This document shows, in pieces, positions 1 through 6,451 of a DNA stretch of 39,214 bases. The stretch lies in IMG/VR virus record IMGVR_UViG_3300045988_075215. The stretch is one strand, 5' to 3'. This stretch comes from a virus. Within the stretch, counting starts at the first letter, position 1. Every line of letters begins with the position of its first letter. The notes below the pieces were generated by a model. The model was given only the letters and a program-made list of their open reading frames with translations. It made no database searches and had not been told where the DNA came from. A program made the position numbers and the translations under genes.

Positions 1-72
1 CGGAATGAGATTGCCAAGGATGTGCTGAAGGAATGTGTGTGGGATGGGAATACGCTTTTTCTTACGCTTTAA
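1..72 (+). CDS. 3' end of the serine integrase gene (duplicate of 39116-39187)
   Basis: Same sequence and frame as the end of ORF 37577..39187 (…NEIAKDVLKECVWDGNTLFLTL*), with stop TAA at 70-72. Confidence 0.9.
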   Translation, partial: RNEIAKDVLKECVWDGNTLFLTL

Positions 73-99
73 TTTTCCCTTTTTTATTTTGATACCCTC
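1..99 (+). repeat. Terminal overlap, copy 1 (identical to 39116-39214)
   Basis: Read directly: cggaatgagattgccaagg...gataccctc occurs at both window ends. Confidence 0.95.
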
Positions 100-109
100 T
101 CCCCTCAGA

Positions 110-154
110 ATGAAAAAGAGAAATAATAAGAGGGAGGCCAACCGGCCTCCCTCT
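110..154 (-). terminator. Rho-independent terminator after the lysis operon
   Basis: An 11-bp perfect stem (agagggaggcc/ggcctccctct, 129-154, loop aacc) is followed on the minus strand by a T-rich run (complement of 113-128). It lies just downstream of the stop of ORF 163..423. Confidence 0.75.
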
Positions 155-162
155 CTTCATGC

Positions 163-423
163 TTATTCACAGATGCAGACATTGATTTTTTTATCTGCTG
201 CCGCTTTTACTGCTGCCTCTGCCTCTTCCTTGGAATTGCATTCCTGGGTCACCTGGATGTAGCCCGGAAGATCCGGAGCCGCTCCCATCTTATATCCCTT
301 CAGGCCTGCTGCCTCCATCCCGCTCAGGAGTTTCTTTGCCTGATCCGTTGCTGCTGCCGGGAATGTTCCGGCCAGTACCCTTGCCTTTCCCTTTGTTTCT
401 GCTGTGTTCTTTACCTCTGCCAT
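163..423 (-). CDS. Small hypothetical protein at the end of the lysis cassette (possibly a SPOR-like peptidoglycan-binding fold)
   Basis: 86-aa ORF directly after the endolysin gene. The segment ARVLAGTFPAAATDQAKKLLSGMEAAGLKGYKM loosely resembles a SPOR repeat. Confidence 0.4.
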   Translation of the reverse strand: MAEVKNTAETKGKARVLAGTFPAAATDQAKKLLSGMEAAGLKGYKMGAAPDLPGYIQVTQECNSKEEAEAAVKAAADKKINVCICE

Positions 424-427
424 TTTC

Positions 428-1483
428 TTATCCTCTCTTTCTCAGATACTCTTTGCTTGAAAATCCGGTTTTCCCACCATAGGAGATATACAGCCATTTC
501 ACGCCACTCACCATGGTGTAATAGCCATAATTCTGCACCTCTGCTCCCTTAGGGATCTCCATGATAATATTATTACTCTTAATCTCCCCAGGCTTTGCTC
601 TCATGTTCAGCGGAGCTGTTGTGGTGTACTTTCCGGCCAGGCTTTTATCCAGGCTCTTTGCCGCCACCGGCTTCAGGTTCTTATTCCCCGCCGCTCCGTT
701 TTTCACAAATGTGTAATACTTCCCGCTTGCATTTGATGTATACGCATAACCGCAGGAAGCCCCCGGCCATACGATTTTCAACCATCCATTTGAGAGCTGT
801 TCCAGTACCTCCACGGAGGTTCCCTTGTTTACTCCCCCAATAGAGGCTGCATTTTTATTGGATCCGGATCTCACATTCATGTTCATCTTTGCGGTTGCCG
901 TTCCAATGCCTTTGCCTCTGTATGTTGTATTATTTGCACCACTGGAAGCCCCTGAAGCGTTCCCGGAGCCCGCCGGAGCCTTCGCTCCGCTTGATAAACT
1001 CATCACCGTATGAGATCCCTCATTGACATACACGCCGCCTCTCTGTGCATAGGCATCAGAGTTCAGGTGTGCAGCGTCTCTGTGTACTTTGAATTTTCCG
1101 GTGTTTTCCAGGATCTTCACCATATTTCCGGTGTAGCCACTGGCTGCAATGGATAAGCCTGCAAAAATATAGCAGGATAAGATCAGGGAGCTGCAATCAA
1201 AATCACCTTTTGCTCCTTTCACCTTCCTGCCATTGTTGATGATTGCCTGGTATCCAGTCCACCTATTTGGCTGTGAATAACCAAAATCATCATTCGCAGC
1301 AATCTCTTCCATGTAGGTTGCCGCTTTGTCTGCCATATTCAGATCCAGAGGCTCCAAGTACGCTGTGAAGCTCTTAGGATACCAGGATCTTGTGCAGATC
1401 TCTTTTCCGGTTTGATCACCCTTCTTTTTCCCTGTGATCTTTCCGTTTTCATCAATGCTCGCATGGCCAATTTTCACTGCCAT
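428..1483 (-). CDS. Endolysin: N-terminal Cys/His peptidoglycan hydrolase (Amidase_5/NlpC-P60-like) plus two SH3b domains
   Basis: It has a GDFDCSSLILSCY Cys motif and a downstream GSHTVM motif. It also has two C-terminal SH3b-like repeats (MNVRSGSN…GWLKIVWPG and LNMRAKPG…VKWLYISYGG). The GAGGAG RBS favours the third ATG (MAVKIGH) as start. Confidence 0.8.
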   Translation of the reverse strand: MAVKIGHASIDENGKITGKKKGDQTGKEICTRSWYPKSFTAYLEPLDLNMADKAATYMEEIAANDDFGYSQPNRWTGYQAIINNGRKVKGAKGDFDCSSLILSCYIFAGLSIAASGYTGNMVKILENTGKFKVHRDAAHLNSDAYAQRGGVYVNEGSHTVMSLSSGAKAPAGSGNASGASSGANNTTYRGKGIGTATAKMNMNVRSGSNKNAASIGGVNKGTSVEVLEQLSNGWLKIVWPGASCGYAYTSNASGKYYTFVKNGAAGNKNLKPVAAKSLDKSLAGKYTTTAPLNMRAKPGEIKSNNIIMEIPKGAEVQNYGYYTMVSGVKWLYISYGGKTGFSSKEYLRKRG

Positions 1484-1763
1484 CTTCATCATCTCCTCTC
1501 ATTTTTTCTTTTCTGCTCTGTACGGTATCACAAATCAGGATGCCGATCATGATAAAAGGCAATGCAGGCCAGAAGATTGCAAAGAGCATACACCCAAGGA
1601 AAAAGGTGCAGGCGGCCGCAATGCCAAGCCCTGCACCTTCCGGGTATCCGATCTCTTCACTTTCTCTCTCCCACTGCTTCCATCCTTTGAAGCAGAAGAT
1701 CATTGTTGCAATGTATATGAGTATTCCACCCAATACATAAACCATCAGAACAGTTTTCCACAT
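1452..1763 (-). CDS. Membrane protein, holin-like lysis cassette component
   Basis: 103 aa with at least 3 hydrophobic helices and a charged C-terminus. It overlaps the endolysin start. Confidence 0.5.
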   Translation of the reverse strand: MWKTVLMVYVLGGILIYIATMIFCFKGWKQWERESEEIGYPEGAGLGIAAACTFFLGCMLFAIFWPALPFIMIGILICDTVQSRKEKMRGDDEDGSENWPCEH

Positions 1764-1764
1764 T

Positions 1765-2115
1765 CTATCCCTCTTTTCTGTTGAAAAGTGCCTGAATAAA
1801 GTTCATCACAGCGGTTCCGATCTGGCTGTAGAGGTTATCATATCCAAAGATTGCCCCATACGTTACCAGAACGCCAACAATAAATGCCAGTACCCAGTAA
1901 TACCATAAGATCTGCACCGCAAGAATGCTGCACATGATGGCCATGGTCAAATATGTGAGTGCTTCAGCAATCACAAACACAACCACCTGAGCCGGATATT
2001 TCTCTCTGTTGATCAGTTTCTTCACCACCTGGGCAAAAACATTGGTGAGCGCAATCAGCACCAGAACCGCTGCCACCACCACCGTCAAAACCCACATTAC
2101 ACTCTCATAATTCAT
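1765..2115 (-). CDS. Putative holin (3 TM)
   Basis: Start MNYESVMWVLTVVVAAVLVLIAL is preceded by AAGGAGG. It has three TM segments and lies upstream of the endolysin. Confidence 0.55.
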   Translation of the reverse strand: MNYESVMWVLTVVVAAVLVLIALTNVFAQVVKKLINREKYPAQVVVFVIAEALTYLTMAIMCSILAVQILWYYWVLAFIVGVLVTYGAIFGYDNLYSQIGTAVMNFIQALFNRKEG

Positions 2116-2131
2116 TTTTTCTTTTTCCTCC

Positions 2132-2530
2132 TTATCCTTTAGCTTCTCCTGATGCCTCATCTGAAGCCTCAGATGCCCCTTCCTGCCCCTTTACTGCCAT
2201 ATCATAGACAATTCCACCCTGGGAGTTTTCCCTGGCTGATTTTGCCGCATACGCACAATAGGAAATGGTTTCTCCCACTGTTGCTCCTATCAGGCTATAC
2301 AGAGCAGACAGATCCGCAAAATGCCACATAGCAAACATGGCATAGATCTGAACCGCAGTGCATGAAATGAATATGTATAAAAGGGCTGTTTTGGCCGTTG
2401 TGAGCCTTTTCTTGCGTGGCATATACTTTTCCCTGGCTTCCATCAATTCAAGCCGCCTCTGGGCCTTCTTGCCACGTTCCCTGATGGCTCTGAGCCTTCT
2501 CTTGTGTCTCTGCTCCTCTTTGTCCATCAT
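2132..2530 (-). CDS. Basic N-terminus plus 2-TM membrane protein
   Basis: ORF 2132..2635 was trimmed to the MMDKEEQ start, which follows TAAGGAGGAA. It has hydrophobic segments LLYIFISCTAVQIYAMFAMW and LYSLIGATVGETISYCAYAA. Confidence 0.5.
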   Translation of the reverse strand: MMDKEEQRHKRRLRAIRERGKKAQRRLELMEAREKYMPRKKRLTTAKTALLYIFISCTAVQIYAMFAMWHFADLSALYSLIGATVGETISYCAYAAKSARENSQGGIVYDMAVKGQEGASEASDEASGEAKG

Positions 2531-2537
2531 TTCCTCC

Positions 2538-2921
2538 TTATGGATCCTCATGCAGGGCCAGGATCTCTCTGTCCAACATCTTTGCCTCTTCCTCTGCTTT
2601 TTCCAGTTCCTCAAAGGCATTCCTGAGATCATCATTGTGCTCTCCGGTTTCTATTGCCTTCACAACCCAGAACAGAAGCCTTCCGTTTGCGTGTTGGATC
2701 TTATCATTCACAATCCTTCTCCTCTGCCTGATCTCCTGATCCTTCTTTTCCTGCTCCTCTCTGCCCGCAAGCCGTTTCTCTATGTAGTGCCTAATGAACA
2801 AAAATGCGATCCCACACAGCCCGCTGCCTCCTATTAAGGCAGAGAGGATCATCTTTACTATTTCATTCAGTTCCTTCACCCCCTGCAATAGCATTTGCCA
2901 ACTTGTCAAGCTGCCCTCCAA
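2538..2921 (-). CDS. Membrane-anchored coiled-coil protein, function unknown
   Basis: One TM segment (ILSALIGGSGLCGIAFLFI) is followed by a charged helical region. The start codon is uncertain (TTG at 2921 or an internal ATG). Confidence 0.4.
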   Translation of the reverse strand: MEGSLTSWQMLLQGVKELNEIVKMILSALIGGSGLCGIAFLFIRHYIEKRLAGREEQEKKDQEIRQRRRIVNDKIQHANGRLLFWVVKAIETGEHNDDLRNAFEELEKAEEEAKMLDREILALHEDP

Positions 2922-2950
2922 GCAGCCAATTTGTTATTTTCTGCATGATC

Positions 2951-3139
2951 CTATACATCTGGTTCCCTCCTAACCTTCAAATTCTTGCAATCACAGCAAG
3001 GCTTTTGGCTGTAAGGGATGTGATAGTTCACGCATTCCCCGCAGTTACCAAAATCCTTGCACTCCGGGTTGCACTTCTCAAAAGTACGCTTGCAGTGTTT
3101 CAGTGCCACATGAAGGCACACAAAATTATCACTCTTCAT
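2951..3139 (-). CDS. Cys-rich 62-aa protein, possible metal binding
   Basis: It has 10 Cys, including CNPEC, CGEC and CCDC clusters. It is in the same operon downstream of the RT and overlaps the preceding ORF by 11 nt. Confidence 0.5.
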   Translation of the reverse strand: MKSDNFVCLHVALKHCKRTFEKCNPECKDFGNCGECVNYHIPYSQKPCCDCKNLKVRREPDV

Positions 3140-3338
3140 TATTCAGATTCTCCAACATTGCCACAAGCTCATTTTTTCTTTCAGCCAGTTTCTCTGATTC
3201 TGCAATTTCCTTTGCATACTCTTCCTTTGTGGCTCTGCCCATGGCAATCTTCGTGCCAATGTAATCATTGGCCTTCATAAGCTGATCAACGGCTCTGATC
3301 TCTGCCTCGATCTGCTCTCTTGTCATATTCTCATTCAT
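3129..3338 (-). CDS. 69-aa helical hypothetical protein translationally coupled to the RT
   Basis: Its ATG overlaps the RT stop (ATGA at 3335-3338), with AAAGGAGGA lying inside the RT 3' end. Confidence 0.55.
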   Translation of the reverse strand: MNENMTREQIEAEIRAVDQLMKANDYIGTKIAMGRATKEEYAKEIAESEKLAERKNELVAMLENLNNEE

Positions 3339-4627
3339 GCTGCTATCCTCCTTTCCTCTGAGTATTCAGGTATTTGTGGTACATATACCCATTCTTTTAT
3401 GAATAGCCGGTTGAAAAGAATATCCATCCGCCGGATGGTTTTATATGCGTCTTTCTGCCCGGCGTATCCTCTCCATGATTGATATGCCTCTCTAACCTGG
3501 GCATAGGTCATTGATCCCTCCTCCGTCAGTTTGGCAAATTTCTTCAGCTTTGCTCTTTCCCTTGTGATGGATTCCCGGCATAGCTTTTTCACTACTTTTC
3601 CGGTATCCGTCAGAATAAATCTGGTTTTCAGGAACGTGAAGCCCCTGCTCAGCTTCACAATTTTGGTTTTCTTCTCATTGAGCTGTATGCCTAATTCTGC
3701 ATATTTCTCTCTGAGTACATCCCACACCATTTTCAGATATTCCTTATCCTGGTGAATGATGAGTGAATCATCCATATATCTCTCATACGGCCTGATCCGC
3801 AGCACTTCCTTCACATAATGATCCACCGGATCCGGATATGCCACGGCACATCCCTGGCAGATTTCACTCCCCAGGCCCAGGCCTCTGGCATACTCATCTC
3901 CATAGAGCATTGCTTCCTCTTTTTGTTTCTGCACCTCCATCATCTTCTCATCAGCAAAGGCATCAATGAAGCTCTCTGTGAGTTTGATGATCTTTTCATC
4001 CGTGAATTTCTTCCGGATCATTTCTTTGAGTGGCTCATGTGGTATGCTTGCAAAATAGTTCTTCAGATCTATTTGCAGCACATAGCCCTCAGTACCGTAT
4101 TTCTCATAGTATTCCTGAAGGAATTGAGATACCCGGTTGATTGCGTGGCTTATGCCCATTCCTTGCCTTGATGCCCCATTGTCATATATGAGGCTGTTGC
4201 TTAGAACTGGCATTAAAGCATTCTTTGAGAGGCTCTTTTGCGGCACCCTTTCTGCAAAATGAACACTCTGGATATGCCGGAGCTTCCCTCTTTCCATAAT
4301 GTCAAAAGGTATGAAGCCCTTCCGCACATCCTCTCCATTGATTAGTGCGTTGTGAGTTCTGCACAGATTTTTCCCAAGCTCAGAACCATATCTCTGCACA
4401 CTGGCCTTCCAGTTTACGCCTTTTCTCGCTTCCCTATAGGCTTGATACAAAGAGTTGTAATCTGCCACCCTGGCAAAATCATCATATTCTGAGAGCTTCT
4501 CTCTTCGGTTTTTCTCCCGCTCAGCTTTCCTCCTGAGTTCTCTCTGTGCGTGTCTTTCTTCGCTTGTCATATTGTAATTGTGCCCAGTTCCCCCTTGTAC
4601 GGTTCTGTGTGCTATCCCTAACCGCAT
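3335..4627 (-). CDS. DGR reverse transcriptase
   Basis: RT motifs seen: RGKLRHI, YDNGASRQGMG, QIDLKNYFASI, LGSEICQ (the DGR-type LGxxxSQ position) and YMDD. It lies directly downstream of the TR. A possible in-frame CTG start at 4660 is preceded by GGGAGGTG. Confidence 0.9.
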   Translation of the reverse strand: MRLGIAHRTVQGGTGHNYNMTSEERHAQRELRRKAEREKNRREKLSEYDDFARVADYNSLYQAYREARKGVNWKASVQRYGSELGKNLCRTHNALINGEDVRKGFIPFDIMERGKLRHIQSVHFAERVPQKSLSKNALMPVLSNSLIYDNGASRQGMGISHAINRVSQFLQEYYEKYGTEGYVLQIDLKNYFASIPHEPLKEMIRKKFTDEKIIKLTESFIDAFADEKMMEVQKQKEEAMLYGDEYARGLGLGSEICQGCAVAYPDPVDHYVKEVLRIRPYERYMDDSLIIHQDKEYLKMVWDVLREKYAELGIQLNEKKTKIVKLSRGFTFLKTRFILTDTGKVVKKLCRESITRERAKLKKFAKLTEEGSMTYAQVREAYQSWRGYAGQKDAYKTIRRMDILFNRLFIKEWVYVPQIPEYSEERRIAA

Positions 4628-4848
4628 AATGGTATGGGTATGAAATGCACCTCTGCACAGCCTTCACCTCCCTTCCGATTTTTGCACCATGCAAGCAGCG
4701 TCCACCCATCCATATCAAGCATGATCCCGCTCATGGCACCAGAGCGGAATGAGATAATTTACATTTGCATGAAGGTCATTCACTCCTTCCTCTGTCTGAT
4801 ATTGATTTCTGCTTTTTACGGCGTACTTTGTCGAATCATTATGACAGT
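4628..4848 (-). ncRNA. Spacer between the TR and the RT start, presumed part of the DGR template RNA
   Basis: Assigned by position only. About 220 nt with no convincing ORF, and it contains the hairpin ccgctc-N9-gagcgg. Confidence 0.35.
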
Positions 4849-4972
4849 GAATCAGAGCGGCACCCGGAAGTCATTGGTGCAGTTGTTGTTGTTGGCATTG
4901 CCGTTGTTGTTGACATTGCAGGCATTGGTAGAATTGCCACCATTCACGGACAGAAGCCACCAGTTGGCCCGG
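4849..4972 (-). repeat. DGR template repeat (TR), 124 bp
   Basis: It aligns without gaps to 5493-5616 and 29326-29449. The minus strand reads RANWWLLSVNGGNSTNACNVNNNGNANNNNCTNDFRVPL*, with 14 AAY codons. Confidence 0.92.
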
Positions 4973-5003
4973 AGCGTAATTGTGCAGTGAATAACCTATG
5001 TTT

Positions 5004-5414
5004 TTACTTCTTTCTCTCTATGAGTTTCACTCTGTCCTTCCAGTTCCTCAATTTTTCATCTTCCTTCAGCATCAGGTTTAGCAGAGTATCAAATTTGTTC
5101 CAGTCTACCGGAAGGGTTGTGGCCAGATAATTGATGAGGTTGTATATATCCCGGAGTGTGTCTATTGCTTCCTGGGCTTTTCTCTTCCTCTCCGCAACCT
5201 TTTCCTCCGTGTATGTCCATATTCCATTGGCCATCCTGATCTCGTCATATAATTTCTGGCATAGGGCACACATTGGTTTTGAGAATACATCTCTCCATCC
5301 CTTTGGAACCACATTGGTGTTCCATACAAGCCTTGTGGCCTCTGCTCTTATTTCTTCAGCAAGCTGAAGCACATCTAACTGAGATTTTCCTCTCAGCCTG
5401 GCCAAAACGCTCAT
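5004..5414 (-). CDS. avd: Accessory variability determinant (Avd-like four-helix-bundle protein)
   Basis: 136 aa, basic and all-helical in character. It sits in the canonical position between the target gene and the TR, with a GGGAGGTG RBS. Confidence 0.7.
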   Translation of the reverse strand: MSVLARLRGKSQLDVLQLAEEIRAEATRLVWNTNVVPKGWRDVFSKPMCALCQKLYDEIRMANGIWTYTEEKVAERKRKAQEAIDTLRDIYNLINYLATTLPVDWNKFDTLLNLMLKEDEKLRNWKDRVKLIERKK

Positions 5415-5443
5415 GCGGCCACCTCCCTCTTTCGCAAGTTATA

Positions 5444-5466
5444 CCCGCCACCTGGAAAGTGGCGGG
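5444..5466 (-). promoter_or_regulatory. GC-rich hairpin downstream of VR1 (DGR target-recognition element)
   Basis: Stem cccgccac/gtggcggg (8 bp) with a 7-nt loop, 26 nt beyond the VR1 end. There is no U-tract, so it is not a typical terminator. Confidence 0.7.
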
Positions 5467-5477
5467 ATTGTTCCTGA

Positions 5478-6437
5478 TTATTCCGTGATTCGGAAGCAGA
5501 GCGGCACCCGGAAGTCATAGGTGCAGTTGTTGTAGTCGGCACTGCCGTTGTTGCCGACACGGCAGGCATAGGTAGAAGTGCCACCAGTCACGGACAGAAG
5601 CCCCCAGCTGGCCCGGCTTCCGCCGTCACCGGCCCCTTTGATGCGGCTTCTAAAGCTATTCGCAAATGCCGGATACTGAACCGCCTGGCCTGCACTCCAT
5701 CCCTTTGTGCCCCATACTACAGATCCAAATACTTCATACTCTGAAGGGATCCACAGCTTTCCAAGGTCTGCCCATCCCCATGAGTTTGAATCTGTCAGAG
5801 TTCCGGATCCGGAGTATCTATTTTCCAGAAGGAACCTTTTACTACTAATCACGCTCTGCAATTCTTTAGGCAGCTTTGACACCAAGCCATCCAGAAAGCT
5901 CTTGACTGTTGATTTCAAATAAGGTGCTGCATTTGCAGAGGTTCCGTTGTTATTGTTTTCTGTGAACCATTTCACAGTTTCCGGGTAGCAGTCTTTGGTT
6001 CCCCAGTCAATATGCCATCCAAGCTCCTGATCTGTGGTTCCAGTGTATGTATTGATGCCCAGGATCTCCGGCTTCATAGTGTAGCTTCCCACTGTGATGG
6101 TCATGAAGTCATGCACATGGATTCCATCCAGGTTGTGTGCTGCCAGTCTCGCCTTGATCCATCTCCAAGGGTCAGAGTATTTTGCAATCTCCTCTGCAAA
6201 TCTCACTGTAAGATCTACCCCCTGGTAGTTTTTATCTCCTTCCTCAATGGCAAAATTGCAGTGAGCATTTTCCTCATTGATCTGTTTTGCACCGTACTCA
6301 TCACCCTCCTGGGTGTATGGTGTCTGGTCTGTGTAGCTGAATGTGCCGTCAGAGTTTGTGGCCTGGGAAAATTTGCGATCCGTGGCCAACTCCTCATTGA
6401 TCACATCATCCTTGTAATCTGTTTTTAAGATTGACAT
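5478..6437 (-). CDS. DGR target protein 1: tail fibre/receptor-binding protein with C-terminal variable region
   Basis: 319 aa and the last gene of the tail module. The C-terminus …GGSRASWGLLSVTGGTSTYACRVGNNGSADYNNCTYDFRVPLCFRITE is encoded by VR1. Confidence 0.85.
   Translation of the reverse strand: MSILKTDYKDDVINEELATDRKFSQATNSDGTFSYTDQTPYTQEGDEYGAKQINEENAHCNFAIEEGDKNYQGVDLTVRFAEEIAKYSDPWRWIKARLAAHNLDGIHVHDFMTITVGSYTMKPEILGINTYTGTTDQELGWHIDWGTKDCYPETVKWFTENNNNGTSANAAPYLKSTVKSFLDGLVSKLPKELQSVISSKRFLLENRYSGSGTLTDSNSWGWADLGKLWIPSEYEVFGSVVWGTKGWSAGQAVQYPAFANSFRSRIKGAGDGGSRASWGLLSVTGGTSTYACRVGNNGSADYNNCTYDFRVPLCFRITE
5493..5616 (-). repeat. DGR variable repeat 1 (VR1)
   Basis: 124 bp with 14 mismatches to the TR. 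Thirteen are at TR adenines (plus-strand T) and one is elsewhere (4959). Confidence 0.92.
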
Positions 6438-6451
6438 TTCTTTCCTCCTTG

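Larger units (their letters stand above)
3335..6437 (-). mobile_element. Diversity-generating retroelement core cassette (target/VR1-avd-TR-RT)
   Basis: Rests on the gene order and the TR/VR relationship described in the component features. Confidence 0.9.

Noticed and set aside
1-99. Terminal repeat as physical direct terminal repeats or an attL/attR duplication
   Set aside because: The repeat bisects the integrase coding sequence and is exactly 99 nt. This fits an assembly overlap on a circular or permuted genome better than a biological terminus.
35-262. Plus-strand ORF of 75 aa at the window start
   Set aside because: It starts in a different frame within the integrase 3' end, then crosses the terminator hairpin and runs antisense into ORF 163..423. 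It has no RBS and its sequence is low-complexity.
3335-4627. The RT as a retron, group II intron or Abi-type RT
   Set aside because: I saw no intron RNA domains, maturase/En domains or msr/msd-like inverted repeats. The adjacent TR/VR pair with adenine-specific mismatches, plus the Avd-like gene, identifies a DGR.
4765-5130. Plus-strand ORFs (4634..4990 and 4765..5130) covering the TR
   Set aside because: They are antisense to the DGR TR and avd. Their VVVV/IAVVV runs are just the complement of the AAC-codon tract. The region is explained by the TR.
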